A stretch of 64,000 nt of DNA, taken from the NCBI GenBank assembly GCA_046758505.1, contig JBHIAH010000001.1, positions 94,677-158,676 of the forward strand. The letters run 5' to 3'. Source of the DNA: Candidatus Methylomirabilales bacterium (lineage in GTDB: Bacteria; Methylomirabilota; Methylomirabilia; Methylomirabilales; CSP1-5). Of this stretch, positions 25,292-35,071 are shown piece after piece (position 1 is the stretch's first letter; every line of letters starts with the position of its first letter). The translations under genes were made by a program, and so were the position numbers. A model generated the notes under the pieces. The model was not told the DNA's origin. It saw nothing but the letters and a program-made list of their open reading frames with translations, and ran no database searches.

Positions 25292-26077
25292 CTAGGTGCC
25301 GAAGCGACGCTTGCGCTGCTGATAATTACGGATGGCTCGGAGAAGATCGATCTTTCGAAACGCGGGCCAGCAGGCGTCACAGAAATAGAACTCGCTGTAG
25401 GCGCTCTGCCAGAGGAGGAAGCCGGAGAGGCGCACCTCGCCGCTCGTCCGGACGATGAGATCCGGATCGGGAAGATCATACATATACAGATACTTGCCGA
25501 TCTCTTCGGGTGTGATTTCTTCCGCAACCTGCGCGAGGGCAGCCCCCCGCCGTTCCCGATCCCTCAAGAGCTGCTTTACCGCATCGGCGATCTCTTGTCT
25601 TCCCCCGTACCCCACGGCGATATTGAGGCAAAAGTTATTGTAGGCATGGGTGGCCTCCTGCGCGTGCGCGATGGCCGCCTGGAGAGATGGGGGCAAAAGT
25701 TCCAGCTGGCCCACCGCCCGGACCCGGACCCCCTTCCGATGAATCTTCGGATCCACCGCCACGGCTCGCAGCTTTGACTCGATGAGATCCAGGAGGCGGT
25801 TCAGTTCCCCGTGAGGGCGGGAAAGATTTTCAGTGGAGAGAACATAGATGGTGATGATCCGGATCTGCAGCTGCTCCAGCCAATCCAACACCTGCTCCAA
25901 CTTGTCCGCCCCCAGCCGGTGTCCCTCAAGCGGATCCGCAAAGCCGAGTTCCCGGGCATAGCGCCGGTTGCCATCCAGGATGAGGCCGATGTGCGTGGGT
26001 AACACCCCCCGCTGGACCTCGCGAAGGAGTCGACGCTCGTAGAACCGGTACAAGAGAGAGATCGGATCACACATCAT
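25292..26077 (-). CDS. uppS: Cis-prenyltransferase (UppS family)
   Basis: HIGLILDGNRR, STENLSR, YGGRQEI, DPDLIVRTSGEVRLSGFLLWQSAYSE. Confidence 0.85.
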   Translation of the reverse strand: MMCDPISLLYRFYERRLLREVQRGVLPTHIGLILDGNRRYARELGFADPLEGHRLGADKLEQVLDWLEQLQIRIITIYVLSTENLSRPHGELNRLLDLIESKLRAVAVDPKIHRKGVRVRAVGQLELLPPSLQAAIAHAQEATHAYNNFCLNIAVGYGGRQEIADAVKQLLRDRERRGAALAQVAEEITPEEIGKYLYMYDLPDPDLIVRTSGEVRLSGFLLWQSAYSEFYFCDACWPAFRKIDLLRAIRNYQQRKRRFGT

Positions 26078-26120
26078 CGGGACACTCCCATCGATGCCTC
26101 ACCGGCACCACGTCGGGTAC

Positions 26121-27020
26121 CTAGGGGGTGCCGGTGGATCCTCGCTGGACCAGGACCACGCCCGTTACCACCAGGCCACCACCCATCACCTGCGGCCAAT
26201 CCAGCGCTTCCCCGAGGAAGAATAAACCCGCGCCCGCGGCCACCACCGGCTCCATCGTGCTCATGATGCTGACCTGCGTGGCGGGGAGGTAGGTAAGCCC
26301 GAAGGTGTACAACGCAAAGGGAAGCACGGTGCCACCCGCAGCAATGAGGAAGAAGATCCCCCACAGGCGAAGGGAATACCCTTCCGAGACGAGGAGCCAC
26401 GGAGGGGTCAACGCCCACCAGAACAGGGTGGCAAACGCATACGCATACACCAGGAGCGTCCAGGAGGGAATCCGCGCCACGGCCCGCTTCGTCAACAGCG
26501 TGTACGCCGCAAAGGCGCACGCCGAAAGAAGCCCGCTGATCAGGCCGGGAAGATTCAACTGGAACGAAGTCGAATCATATCCCTTCACCATCAGAAAGCA
26601 GCCGCCGACGGCGAGGGCCAAGGCGAGCACAGTCATCCACGTCAGTCGCTCTCCCAAGAAGAAAACCGAGGCCAGCGCAACCAGGATCGGAGCCATGTAC
26701 TGGAGGAGGATGGCCGTGGCCACCGTGGTCAGGCTGATCGTGTAATAGTAGGTGAAGTTCGCCATAGCCAGTCCGGCCACCCCCAACAGGGCGGCCACGG
26801 GTACCTCTTTCAGGGGCAGATACAGCTGTCGCTGGTCGCAGACGAGGACCCCCACAATCAGGACAAAGAGGGCGAGGGTCGAGCGAATGGCGGTGAGAGA
26901 CAGCGGACCGACTTCCCCGGCGGTGAAGAGATACCGGGCCAGTGTGCCCATGAGCCCCCAGGCCGTCGCCGCGCCGAGGACGAACAGCGAACCTTTCACA
27001 CGGCCTTTCCATGCGGTCAT
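26121..27020 (-). CDS. DMT/EamA family transporter
   Basis: About ten TM helices in two EamA repeats; EPVVA motif. Confidence 0.9.
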   Translation of the reverse strand: MTAWKGRVKGSLFVLGAATAWGLMGTLARYLFTAGEVGPLSLTAIRSTLALFVLIVGVLVCDQRQLYLPLKEVPVAALLGVAGLAMANFTYYYTISLTTVATAILLQYMAPILVALASVFFLGERLTWMTVLALALAVGGCFLMVKGYDSTSFQLNLPGLISGLLSACAFAAYTLLTKRAVARIPSWTLLVYAYAFATLFWWALTPPWLLVSEGYSLRLWGIFFLIAAGGTVLPFALYTFGLTYLPATQVSIMSTMEPVVAAGAGLFFLGEALDWPQVMGGGLVVTGVVLVQRGSTGTP

Positions 27021-27559
27021 GGGCCTTTTTTGAGGAGTTCCTCCAGGACCGCCGTCAGACTCTCCAACTTCATGCGTCCCCGCGCGATGGCGGCCACGGT
27101 TCCGTCCCGGGCAAGGAGAAATGTGGTCGGCGTCCCCTGAATACCATACAGCCGGGCGATCCGGTCCCCCTGATCATACCCGACGGCGTAGGAAATCCCT
27201 CGCTCTTGCACGAACTTCCGAGACTGCTCTTCCTTATCCCAGATATTGACGCCGAGGAAGTTTACCCCTCGGTCCTTGAACATCTCGTACGCCTTGATCA
27301 GCACGGGAGACTCCCGCTGACAGTGGGGTCACCACGAGGCCCAGAAGTTCAGCAACAGCACCTTTCCTCGAAAGTCTGCGAGGTGAACTTGCTCCCCCGA
27401 AAAGAGGGTCAGGCCAAAATCCGGCGCTGCGCTCCCCACGGCCACCGGGGCGACAGCGGGGTCGGCCAGACTCACCGGAACCTCCCCCCAGAGGAGGCCC
27501 ACCGCAACCAGGAGCCCGAGGGTCATGCGCCCTGCTCTACCGCCTTTGGCGTGTTTCAT
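27017..27559 (-). CDS. TlpA/ResA-like thiol-disulfide oxidoreductase, selenoprotein (UxxC)
   Basis: Reading through TGA at 27329-27331 joins two track ORFs in frame: ...LLNFWASW-U-PHCQRESP...GTPTTFLL; AGGAG RBS before ATG at 27559. Confidence 0.85.
27298..27320 (-). promoter_or_regulatory. SECIS-like hairpin
   Basis: UCAGCGGGAGUCUCCCGUGCUGA starts 8 nt after the UGA; stem with a small bulge and a G-containing apical loop. Confidence 0.65.
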
Positions 27560-27866
27560 CGGGTTCTCCTTCCACAGACAGGGTTTCAAGTGTGGGAGGG
27601 TACCACATAAGTCTCTGCTCCACAATGAAAATTGGCCTGCGGGTTTCGGCTTGACAGGCCCCCCCCTCCCACTATAGTGTACCGCTTGGCCGGGACACGG
27701 CCCCCCCAAGGGTCGGAGGGTCGGTGCCCGCGCGCGGTCGCCATGCCTAAGAAGCTACCAAGCCGAAGACACCCTCATTTCCCCGTATCGGGGTGACGCA
27801 CCCCTCCTGCGGGTACGATCAAGGTTTATTCCCCCCGCTCCAACCCCTTGGACAGGAGAGGCTCGA

Positions 27867-29027
27867 ATGAAGAAACCGCACCTTTTTGCCCCCGGCCCGA
27901 GCCCCGTCCCCCCGGAGGCGTTACTGACAATGGCCCGTCCCATCCTTCACCACCGGGCCCCGGAGTTCGAGACGCTCCTCGCCGAGGTGCGGGAGGACCT
28001 CAAGGCCCTGTTCCAGACGACAGAAGAGGTCCTGCTCTTCACCGCTTCGGGGACCGGGGGGATGGAGGGGGCGGTGGTCAACACGCTGTCGCCGGGCGAG
28101 AAGGCACTGGTGATCCGCAGTGGAAAGTTTGGAGAGCGGTGGGGAGAGATCTGTCAGGCCTACGGCATCCCCTTCACACCCGTCGACGTTCCCTACGGGA
28201 AGGCGGTGGACCCCGGGCTCATCGCCGCCGCCCTCAGGAAGGATCCTGATGTTGCTGCGGTCTTCAGCACCCATAGCGAAACCTCGACGGGAGTCCTCCA
28301 CGACATCCAGGCCATCGCCGAGGTTGTCCGCAAGACCCCGACCCTCCTCGTGGTGGATGCGATTACCAGTCTAGGGGTCGTGGACCTCCCCGTGGATGCC
28401 TGGGGCGTGGACGTGGTGGTCGCCGGCTCCCAGAAGGCTCTGATGCTGCCACCCGGGCTCACCATGGTCGGGGTCAGCCAAAAGGCGTGGGCGGTGGTGG
28501 AGAAGGCTCGACTCCCAAAGTACTACTTTGACTTTGCCGCCGAGCGAAAGAATCTGCTCAAGAACCAGTCGCACTTTACCCCGGCCGTCTCGCTGGTGGT
28601 TGGGCTTCGAGAGACCCTCAGGATGATCCTGAGCGAGGGGCTTCCTCATGTCTTTCAGCGCCACGACCGGCTCGCAGCCGCCATGCGCTCCGGCGTCACC
28701 GCCCTGGGCCTGGACCTCTTTGCCGAGCGACCGAGCCCCGCGGTCACTGCGGTGAAGGTCCCCCCAGGCATCGACGGCGGGGCGATTGTGAAGACGCTTC
28801 GGGCAAAACACGGGGTAACCATTGCAGGCGGTCAGGGATCGCTGAAGGGGAAGATCTTCCGGGTGGCGACGATGGGGTACGCAGACGCGTCCGATGTGGC
28901 CGTCGCCCTCTCGGCGCTGGAACTGACGCTCGCGGAGCTGGGGTACCCGGTCAAACTGGGCGAAGGCACCCGGGCTGCCCAGGAAGTCCTGGCAGGCATG
29001 TCGGATGTGCAGAGTCCGAGGTCCTAG
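27867..29027 (+). CDS. Class V aminotransferase (alanine-glyoxylate/serine-pyruvate family), probable SerC substitute
   Basis: PGP, SGTGGME, HSETSTG, VDAITS, GSQKALMLPPG; upstream of serA. Confidence 0.9.
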   Translation: MKKPHLFAPGPSPVPPEALLTMARPILHHRAPEFETLLAEVREDLKALFQTTEEVLLFTASGTGGMEGAVVNTLSPGEKALVIRSGKFGERWGEICQAYGIPFTPVDVPYGKAVDPGLIAAALRKDPDVAAVFSTHSETSTGVLHDIQAIAEVVRKTPTLLVVDAITSLGVVDLPVDAWGVDVVVAGSQKALMLPPGLTMVGVSQKAWAVVEKARLPKYYFDFAAERKNLLKNQSHFTPAVSLVVGLRETLRMILSEGLPHVFQRHDRLAAAMRSGVTALGLDLFAERPSPAVTAVKVPPGIDGGAIVKTLRAKHGVTIAGGQGSLKGKIFRVATMGYADASDVAVALSALELTLAELGYPVKLGEGTRAAQEVLAGMSDVQSPRS

Positions 29028-29090
29028 CCTTCACCCCTTCGCGACGTTGGACGTTGGATCTCGGACGTGGGACATAACAGGGAGAGACCG

Positions 29091-30671
29091 ATGCGCGTCT
29101 TAGTCAGTGACGCCCTTTCGACCAGGGGCCTCGAGGTGCTCCGCCAGCACCCAGGCATCCAGGCTGATGTCCGCCCAAAGATCCCACCCGAGGAGCTCAT
29201 GCAGGTGATCGATCAGTACGATGCCCTGATCGTGCGGAGCGCTACCAAGGTGACCGCCGACGTGATCCAGGCTGGGAAGCAGCTCAAGGTCATCGGTCGG
29301 GCCGGCGTCGGGGTGGACAACGTCGATGTCGAGGCAGCCACCGCCCAGGGGGTCGTAGTGATGAACACCCCAACCGGCAACACCATCACCACCGCCGAGC
29401 ACTCCATTTCCCTCCTCCTGGCCCTCTCGAAAAATATTCCCCAGGCGGCGGCCTCCCTGCAGGGGGGGCGATGGGAGAAGGGGAAGTTCCTGAACGTCGA
29501 GCTTTACAACAAAACCCTGGGGATCATCGGGTTGGGGCGGATCGGCTCAGAGGTCGCCAAACGGGCCAAGGGCTTTGCCATGCGCGTCATCGCGTATGAT
29601 CCCTTCATCTCGGCCGACGTGGCGAACCGCATCGGCGTCGAGCTTGTCGATCTGGATGCGCTTTACCGGCAGGCAGACTTCATCACCATTCACGTCCCGC
29701 TCGGCCCCGACACCCATCATATGATTAACCGAGAGACCATCGGTCTGATGAAGCGGGGAATCCGGATCATCAACTGCGCCCGCGGAGGCGTGGTGGACGA
29801 GGAGGCCCTCTACGAGGCCATGGTGAGCGGCCACGTGGGGGGCGCTGCCTGTGACGTCTTTGAAAACGAGCCGAGCATTTCGAACCCGCTCCTCTCCCTG
29901 GAGAACTTCATCGGCACTCCCCACCTGGGGGCCGCCACCGCCGAGGCCCAGGAGAACGTGGCCGTCGCCATCGCCCAGCAAGTGGTGGAGTACCTCACCA
30001 CGGGCGTGATCCGGAACTCGGTGAATACCCCCTCCATCGAGCCGGAACTCTTGGCCAAGATCCAGCCCTATCTGACCTTATCGGAGAAGCTGGGGCGGCT
30101 CGACTCGCAGCTTGCCGAGGGGCGCTTCCAGGAGATCCGGATCGCATACACCGGGGAGGTCGCGAACTACGACACCTCGCCCCTCACGGCGGCAGTGGTC
30201 AAGGGGGTGCTCGACCCGATCACGTCCGGCACCATCAACATCGTCAACGCCCCCGCCTTTGCCCGGCAGCGCGGGATCCGTGTCGTCGAGTCCAAGAGCA
30301 GCCAGGAAGAGAACTACGCGAGCCTCATCTCGGTCATCATCCAAACCGACCGAGGGCAGAGCCACGTGGCCGGGACCCTGTTCAGCCGGCGGGAGCCCCG
30401 CGTGGTCCGGATCGACGAATTCTCCCTTGAGGCAGTTCCAGAGGGGTACCTCCTCATCTTTTCCAACCTGGACGTCCCGGGAGTGATCGGGAAGATCGGC
30501 ACCATTCTTGGGCAAAATCAGGTCAACATCGCCGGGATGGTCCTCGGCCGAGAGAAGCAGGGCGGCCAGGCGGTTTCCGTCGTGAACGTCGACAGCCCGA
30601 TCCCCACCCCAGTCCTCGACCAGATCCGCCAGATGCCCAACATCGTGTACGCCAAGGTGGTGAAAGTCTGA
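29091..30671 (+). CDS. serA: D-3-phosphoglycerate dehydrogenase
   Basis: RAGVGVDN, GLGRIG, NCARGG, PHLGA; ASB and ACT C-terminal domains. Confidence 0.96.
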   Translation: MRVLVSDALSTRGLEVLRQHPGIQADVRPKIPPEELMQVIDQYDALIVRSATKVTADVIQAGKQLKVIGRAGVGVDNVDVEAATAQGVVVMNTPTGNTITTAEHSISLLLALSKNIPQAAASLQGGRWEKGKFLNVELYNKTLGIIGLGRIGSEVAKRAKGFAMRVIAYDPFISADVANRIGVELVDLDALYRQADFITIHVPLGPDTHHMINRETIGLMKRGIRIINCARGGVVDEEALYEAMVSGHVGGAACDVFENEPSISNPLLSLENFIGTPHLGAATAEAQENVAVAIAQQVVEYLTTGVIRNSVNTPSIEPELLAKIQPYLTLSEKLGRLDSQLAEGRFQEIRIAYTGEVANYDTSPLTAAVVKGVLDPITSGTINIVNAPAFARQRGIRVVESKSSQEENYASLISVIIQTDRGQSHVAGTLFSRREPRVVRIDEFSLEAVPEGYLLIFSNLDVPGVIGKIGTILGQNQVNIAGMVLGREKQGGQAVSVVNVDSPIPTPVLDQIRQMPNIVYAKVVKV

Positions 30672-30672
30672 G

Positions 30673-31968
30673 GTGATCCCCACCGCCATTCCCAAAGGGG
30701 TACGCGTTCTCTCCCCGGCCGAGGCAGCCCGCCTCAGATGGGTCGAGAAGACGCTTCTCTCCGTCTTTCAGCGCTGGGGTTTTCGGGAAGTCCTGACCCC
30801 CACCTTCGAATATCTCGACGTCTTCGCCCACGGGGCGGGGGATGTGGTTGAAGGAAAGGCCTTCAAGTTCGTGGACCGACAGACCGGGCTTCTCCTGGCG
30901 CTGCGGCCTGATCTGACCCCCCAGGTGGCGCGGATGGTCGCTGCCACCATGCGGCATCATCCCCTCCCGCTCCGGCTCGCGTACTCCACCTCGGTCTTCC
31001 GCCACGAGGAGCCCCAGGCAGGACGGCAGCGGGAGTTCTTTCAGGCCGGCGTTGAGCTGATCGGCTCGGACCGGCCCGAGGCAGATGCCGAGATGATCGC
31101 CATGGCGGTCGAGGGATGCCAGGAGGCCGGGCTCCAACGTTTCCAGATCGACGTCGGCCAGGTAGAGTACCTCCGGGGGATGCTCAACGCGCTCAACCCG
31201 TCGCCCGAACTCCGCCGAAAGATCGTTTCCGCCCTCCGACGCAAGGACGCGTTGGAGCTCGAACTCACCCTGAAGCCGCTCCAGGCCGAGGCGAGATTGA
31301 AAGAGGGGATCCTGAATCTGACCACCCTGTACGGGGACGAAGCGGTCCTGGAACAGGCGAAGGCGTGGGCCGTCACCGAGCAGTCCCGGGTGGCTCTCGA
31401 GAACCTGATCGACGTCTACGCAGTCCTCAAGACCTATGGTCTGGCCGAGCACATCATCATCGATTTGGGCGAGACGTATGCCTTCGACTACCACACCGGG
31501 GTCGTCTTTCAGGTCTTCACCGAGTCGCTCGGCTACCCCATCGGTGGAGGCGGGCGCTACGATAACCTGATCGGCCGGTTCGGCTACCCCTGTCCCGCCA
31601 CCGGGTTCGCCTTCGAGCTGGAGAAGGTTCTCGGCGCCCTGGAGGCAGAGGGAATCCTGCCGGCGGATCAAGGGCCGGACTTCCTCATCATCGATTTCAA
31701 TCCGGACAAGCGCCAGGCCCTTCACATCGCCCGGGCCCTGCGGGGCAAGGGCTACGCTGTAGCCAGGGACATCATCCGGCGCGACCTCGAGGGGTCGCTC
31801 GACTATGCCCGAGTGAGCGCGATCCCCCGCGCTCTCATCCTAGGCCTCGATGGAATGCCCGGGGATACCATGTCCCTGCGAGATCTTACGAGAGGGACTG
31901 AGACAACCTTCTCTATTCCGGAGTTTATCCAGCGCGTCAGGGATGGGACACTCCAATGGCCAACGTGA
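30673..31968 (+). CDS. hisZ: ATP phosphoribosyltransferase regulatory subunit
   Basis: HisRS-like fold with LRPDLTPQVAR, QAGVELIG, GGGRYD, ATGF; upstream of purA. Confidence 0.88.
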   Translation: MIPTAIPKGVRVLSPAEAARLRWVEKTLLSVFQRWGFREVLTPTFEYLDVFAHGAGDVVEGKAFKFVDRQTGLLLALRPDLTPQVARMVAATMRHHPLPLRLAYSTSVFRHEEPQAGRQREFFQAGVELIGSDRPEADAEMIAMAVEGCQEAGLQRFQIDVGQVEYLRGMLNALNPSPELRRKIVSALRRKDALELELTLKPLQAEARLKEGILNLTTLYGDEAVLEQAKAWAVTEQSRVALENLIDVYAVLKTYGLAEHIIIDLGETYAFDYHTGVVFQVFTESLGYPIGGGGRYDNLIGRFGYPCPATGFAFELEKVLGALEAEGILPADQGPDFLIIDFNPDKRQALHIARALRGKGYAVARDIIRRDLEGSLDYARVSAIPRALILGLDGMPGDTMSLRDLTRGTETTFSIPEFIQRVRDGTLQWPT

Positions 31969-33260
31969 TCGTGGTCGGCACGCAGTGGGGGGACGAGGGC
32001 AAGGGAAAGGTCGTTGACACCATCAGCGAATCCTTCGACGCCGTGGCCCGGTATCAGGGGGGGAACAACGCGGGACACACCGTGGTGGTGGGCAACGAAA
32101 AGGTGATCCTCCACCTCGTTCCCTCGGGCATCCTTCGGAAAGGGAAGACCTGCATCCTCGGAAACGGCGTGGTGGTCGATCTCCCGGGCCTCACCCATGA
32201 ACTCAACCAGCTCCGCCGCCTGGCTGTGAACGCCGAGGGACATCTGTTCATCGGGAAAAACGCCCACCTGGTCCTCCCCTACCACAAGATCCTGGACCAC
32301 GAGCGGGAGAGGGACGCCGCCCGACCCATCGGGACCACCGGACGCGGGATCGGTCCCGCGTACGCCGATAAGGTCGCCAGAGTGGGGATCCGCATCGGCG
32401 ATCTCTTCGACCCGGCCCTGTTCCGCGAGCGACTGCGCGCCAATCTGGCCGAGAAGCAGGCCCGCGCCACGAAAGAGAGTGCGCTGCACACCCTCGATCC
32501 CGAGGCCGTCTTTGACGAGCAGATGGCCCACTTCCGCGAAGTCGAGGCCTTTCTGGTCGACGCCTCGGCGGTCCTGAACCGGATGATCGACGAGGGAAAG
32601 AAGATCCTGTTTGAGGGGGCGCAGGGCACCCTCTTGGATGTGGACCTGGGGACGTACCCGTATGTGACCTCGAGCAGCGCCACAGCCGGAGGGGCCTGCA
32701 TCGGCACCGGGGTCGGCCCGACCCGGGTTGACGGGGTCCTGGGCGTCATCAAGGCCTACACAACGCGGGTGGGGGAAGGGCCGTTCCCCACCGAGCTCAG
32801 AGATAACATCGCCGAGGAACTCCGCAAGCGCGGAGGAGAGTACGGGGCCACCACAGGCAGACCCAGGCGATGCGGGTGGCTCGACGCGATTGCCCTTCGC
32901 TATGCCATCCAGGTGAACGGCCTCAGTACGTTGGCGCTGACAAAGCTGGACGTCTTGGATCCGTTCCCGGTACTCCGGATCTGCCGCGCCTATCGCTACC
33001 GGGGTCACACCCTGGAGGATTTCCCCAACGAGACTGATATCCTGACGGAATGCCAGCCGGTCTACGAGGAGATCGAGGGGTGGCAGGAAAGCACGGTCGG
33101 GCGCACCTCGATCGCGGAACTGACCCAGGAGTGCCGCGCCTTTCTAGACCGGCTCGAGGCCATCCTCGGTATCAACATCTCCATCATCTCCACGGGCCCC
33201 GAGCGGGACCAGACCATCCTCCTCCCCACCCCCACCTTGAAGCAGTGGGGCCTGGTGTAG
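31956..33260 (+). CDS. purA: Adenylosuccinate synthetase
   Basis: QWGDEGKGK, GGNNAGHT, EGAQG, GATTGRPRRCGW. Confidence 0.98.
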   Translation: MANVIVVGTQWGDEGKGKVVDTISESFDAVARYQGGNNAGHTVVVGNEKVILHLVPSGILRKGKTCILGNGVVVDLPGLTHELNQLRRLAVNAEGHLFIGKNAHLVLPYHKILDHERERDAARPIGTTGRGIGPAYADKVARVGIRIGDLFDPALFRERLRANLAEKQARATKESALHTLDPEAVFDEQMAHFREVEAFLVDASAVLNRMIDEGKKILFEGAQGTLLDVDLGTYPYVTSSSATAGGACIGTGVGPTRVDGVLGVIKAYTTRVGEGPFPTELRDNIAEELRKRGGEYGATTGRPRRCGWLDAIALRYAIQVNGLSTLALTKLDVLDPFPVLRICRAYRYRGHTLEDFPNETDILTECQPVYEEIEGWQESTVGRTSIAELTQECRAFLDRLEAILGINISIISTGPERDQTILLPTPTLKQWGLV

Positions 33261-33434
33261 TTCACGGTTCACAGCCAATAACCAGCAGTCAGCAGCCAGC
33301 TGTCAGCCGTCGGCAACCAATTCAAAGCCCGCTATCTCCTGATAACTGATTGCTGACCGCTGATGGCTGATCGGTAGTTGCTGAACGCTGAGTGCTGGCT
33401 GCTGCCTGCTGATAGCTCATAACGGGTGGACGAC

Positions 33435-34397
33435 ATGTGGCTGCTTCGTTGGTCAGGGAGAATCCTTGCGACCTTCCTGTGTGTTCTGGCCTCCGGGGCC
33501 ACTCTCTGGGCTGATGTTGTCGTGGTCGCAAACGAACACGCCGGCACCCTGTCGATATTGAATCCCAAGGTGCGGGAAGCCATCGGAATACTCGAGGTCG
33601 GGGGGGATCCCCACAATCTGGGCGTGACCAGGGATGGGCGACGGGTCGTGGTAACGCAACCATCCGCCGGGATGGTGACGGTTGTTGATGCCCGCCTCCC
33701 AAGAATATTGAAGCATCTGAAGGTCCCCGGATGGCCCCACGGCGTCGCGGTGAGTCCAGATGACCGCTGGGCCTTTGTGGGTGCGGAAAGGCACCGGAAA
33801 GTATATGTGGTGGATCTCCAGCGCCTGGGCCTCGACCGGGCATTCGCCGTGGAGCCTGCGGTCCACAACCTGGTCATCACCAAGACTGGCCAGGCGTGGA
33901 TGACGGCCCTGGGGGAACGTTTTCTTTGGCTTGTGGATCTCCAAGCCGGGATGTTGATATCCCGCCTCGAGACGACAGCTAGGCCCCACGACCTCGCCCT
34001 CACACGCGGCGGAGATATCCTCTGGGTCGCAAACTGGGGGAGCAGGGATGTGTTCCTCGTTCATGGGCAGCCACGCCAGGTCGAGACGATACCGATCTCG
34101 GGTCGCCAGCCCCACCATGTCGCAATCACGCCCGATGAGCGCGAGATCTGGATCACGAATCACGGGTCGCAGGACATCAGTGTCATCGATGCCTTGGCCC
34201 AACGCGAAATAGCTAGAATCGCAGTCGGCAAAGCCCCGCATCACGTGGCCTTTTCAGCCGACGGGCGCAGGGCGTACGTTGCCAACAGCGGATCGGATAC
34301 TGTGTCAGTCGTGGACGTCGCGGCTAGACGCGAGGTGAGCCGGCTACCAGCCGGCGCGCACCCCCACGGAATCGTCGTCATCCCCGACACCCCCTGA
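33435..34397 (+). CDS. Secreted YVTN/YncE-type beta-propeller protein
   Basis: Signal peptide; repeats such as PHHVAFSADGRRAYVANSGSDTVSVVD. Confidence 0.85.
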   Translation: MWLLRWSGRILATFLCVLASGATLWADVVVVANEHAGTLSILNPKVREAIGILEVGGDPHNLGVTRDGRRVVVTQPSAGMVTVVDARLPRILKHLKVPGWPHGVAVSPDDRWAFVGAERHRKVYVVDLQRLGLDRAFAVEPAVHNLVITKTGQAWMTALGERFLWLVDLQAGMLISRLETTARPHDLALTRGGDILWVANWGSRDVFLVHGQPRQVETIPISGRQPHHVAITPDEREIWITNHGSQDISVIDALAQREIARIAVGKAPHHVAFSADGRRAYVANSGSDTVSVVDVAARREVSRLPAGAHPHGIVVIPDTP

Positions 34398-35071
34398 AGG
34401 TTTCCAAATGGCGGACACCCGCTCATCCGTTTTCCTGCGTGATGACTCACCCTCCCCTGCTATAACGAGCCTGAAGACCTGGTAGCTGAGCGAGCAGCGC
34501 ACACACCTTTTCAGCGATAAGGCGGTCCAGAGCCCCTCTGTAAGTTGCGGGGCTCATCGAGCAGTGATTATTTGGCACCACTAGCATCATGGAAATGGGG
34601 CGGCGAATGCGGGGTTTTCGATTCCCTGTGCGACCCGAAATCCCAATCCTCCAAGCGGGAAGGGACGGCGTGACCGAAGCATCTGGCGCTTGACACACCC
34701 TCCCGAGTGGTGGATACTCAATCTCCCCCCTCTGCCCCCCAGCCAACACTGGGGTCACAGGGTCCCGGCGGGAAAGGCACCTCGATGAAAAGGGACGACA
34801 CTTCTGTACCACCTAAGGCAGGAATACCCCATGTCAGCCGAATGGACCCCTCCCGGATGCGAAGCAGCCCAGACCGGCACAAGGAATACGGCCACCGTGA
34901 CGGTGATCACATCACAAGTGGTAAGGCCCCCCTGGCATAACCCCAATAGTAGCCGCACTTAACATCAAGAGCCGTAAAGTCGGACATAAACCACGGTTCA
35001 CAGCAGTGTCCCGACGATGAACCATACTAGTTAAGCAAAGACCTCACCAAAGGATTAAGGCTCGACTGACC

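Noticed and set aside
33435..34397. Calling the propeller NosZ or NirS
   Set aside because: Too short; no CuA domain and no CxxCH heme motif.
34447..34958. Short ORFs between the propeller gene and the IPCT/DIPPS-like gene
   Set aside because: No recognisable motifs or convincing RBS; left unannotated.
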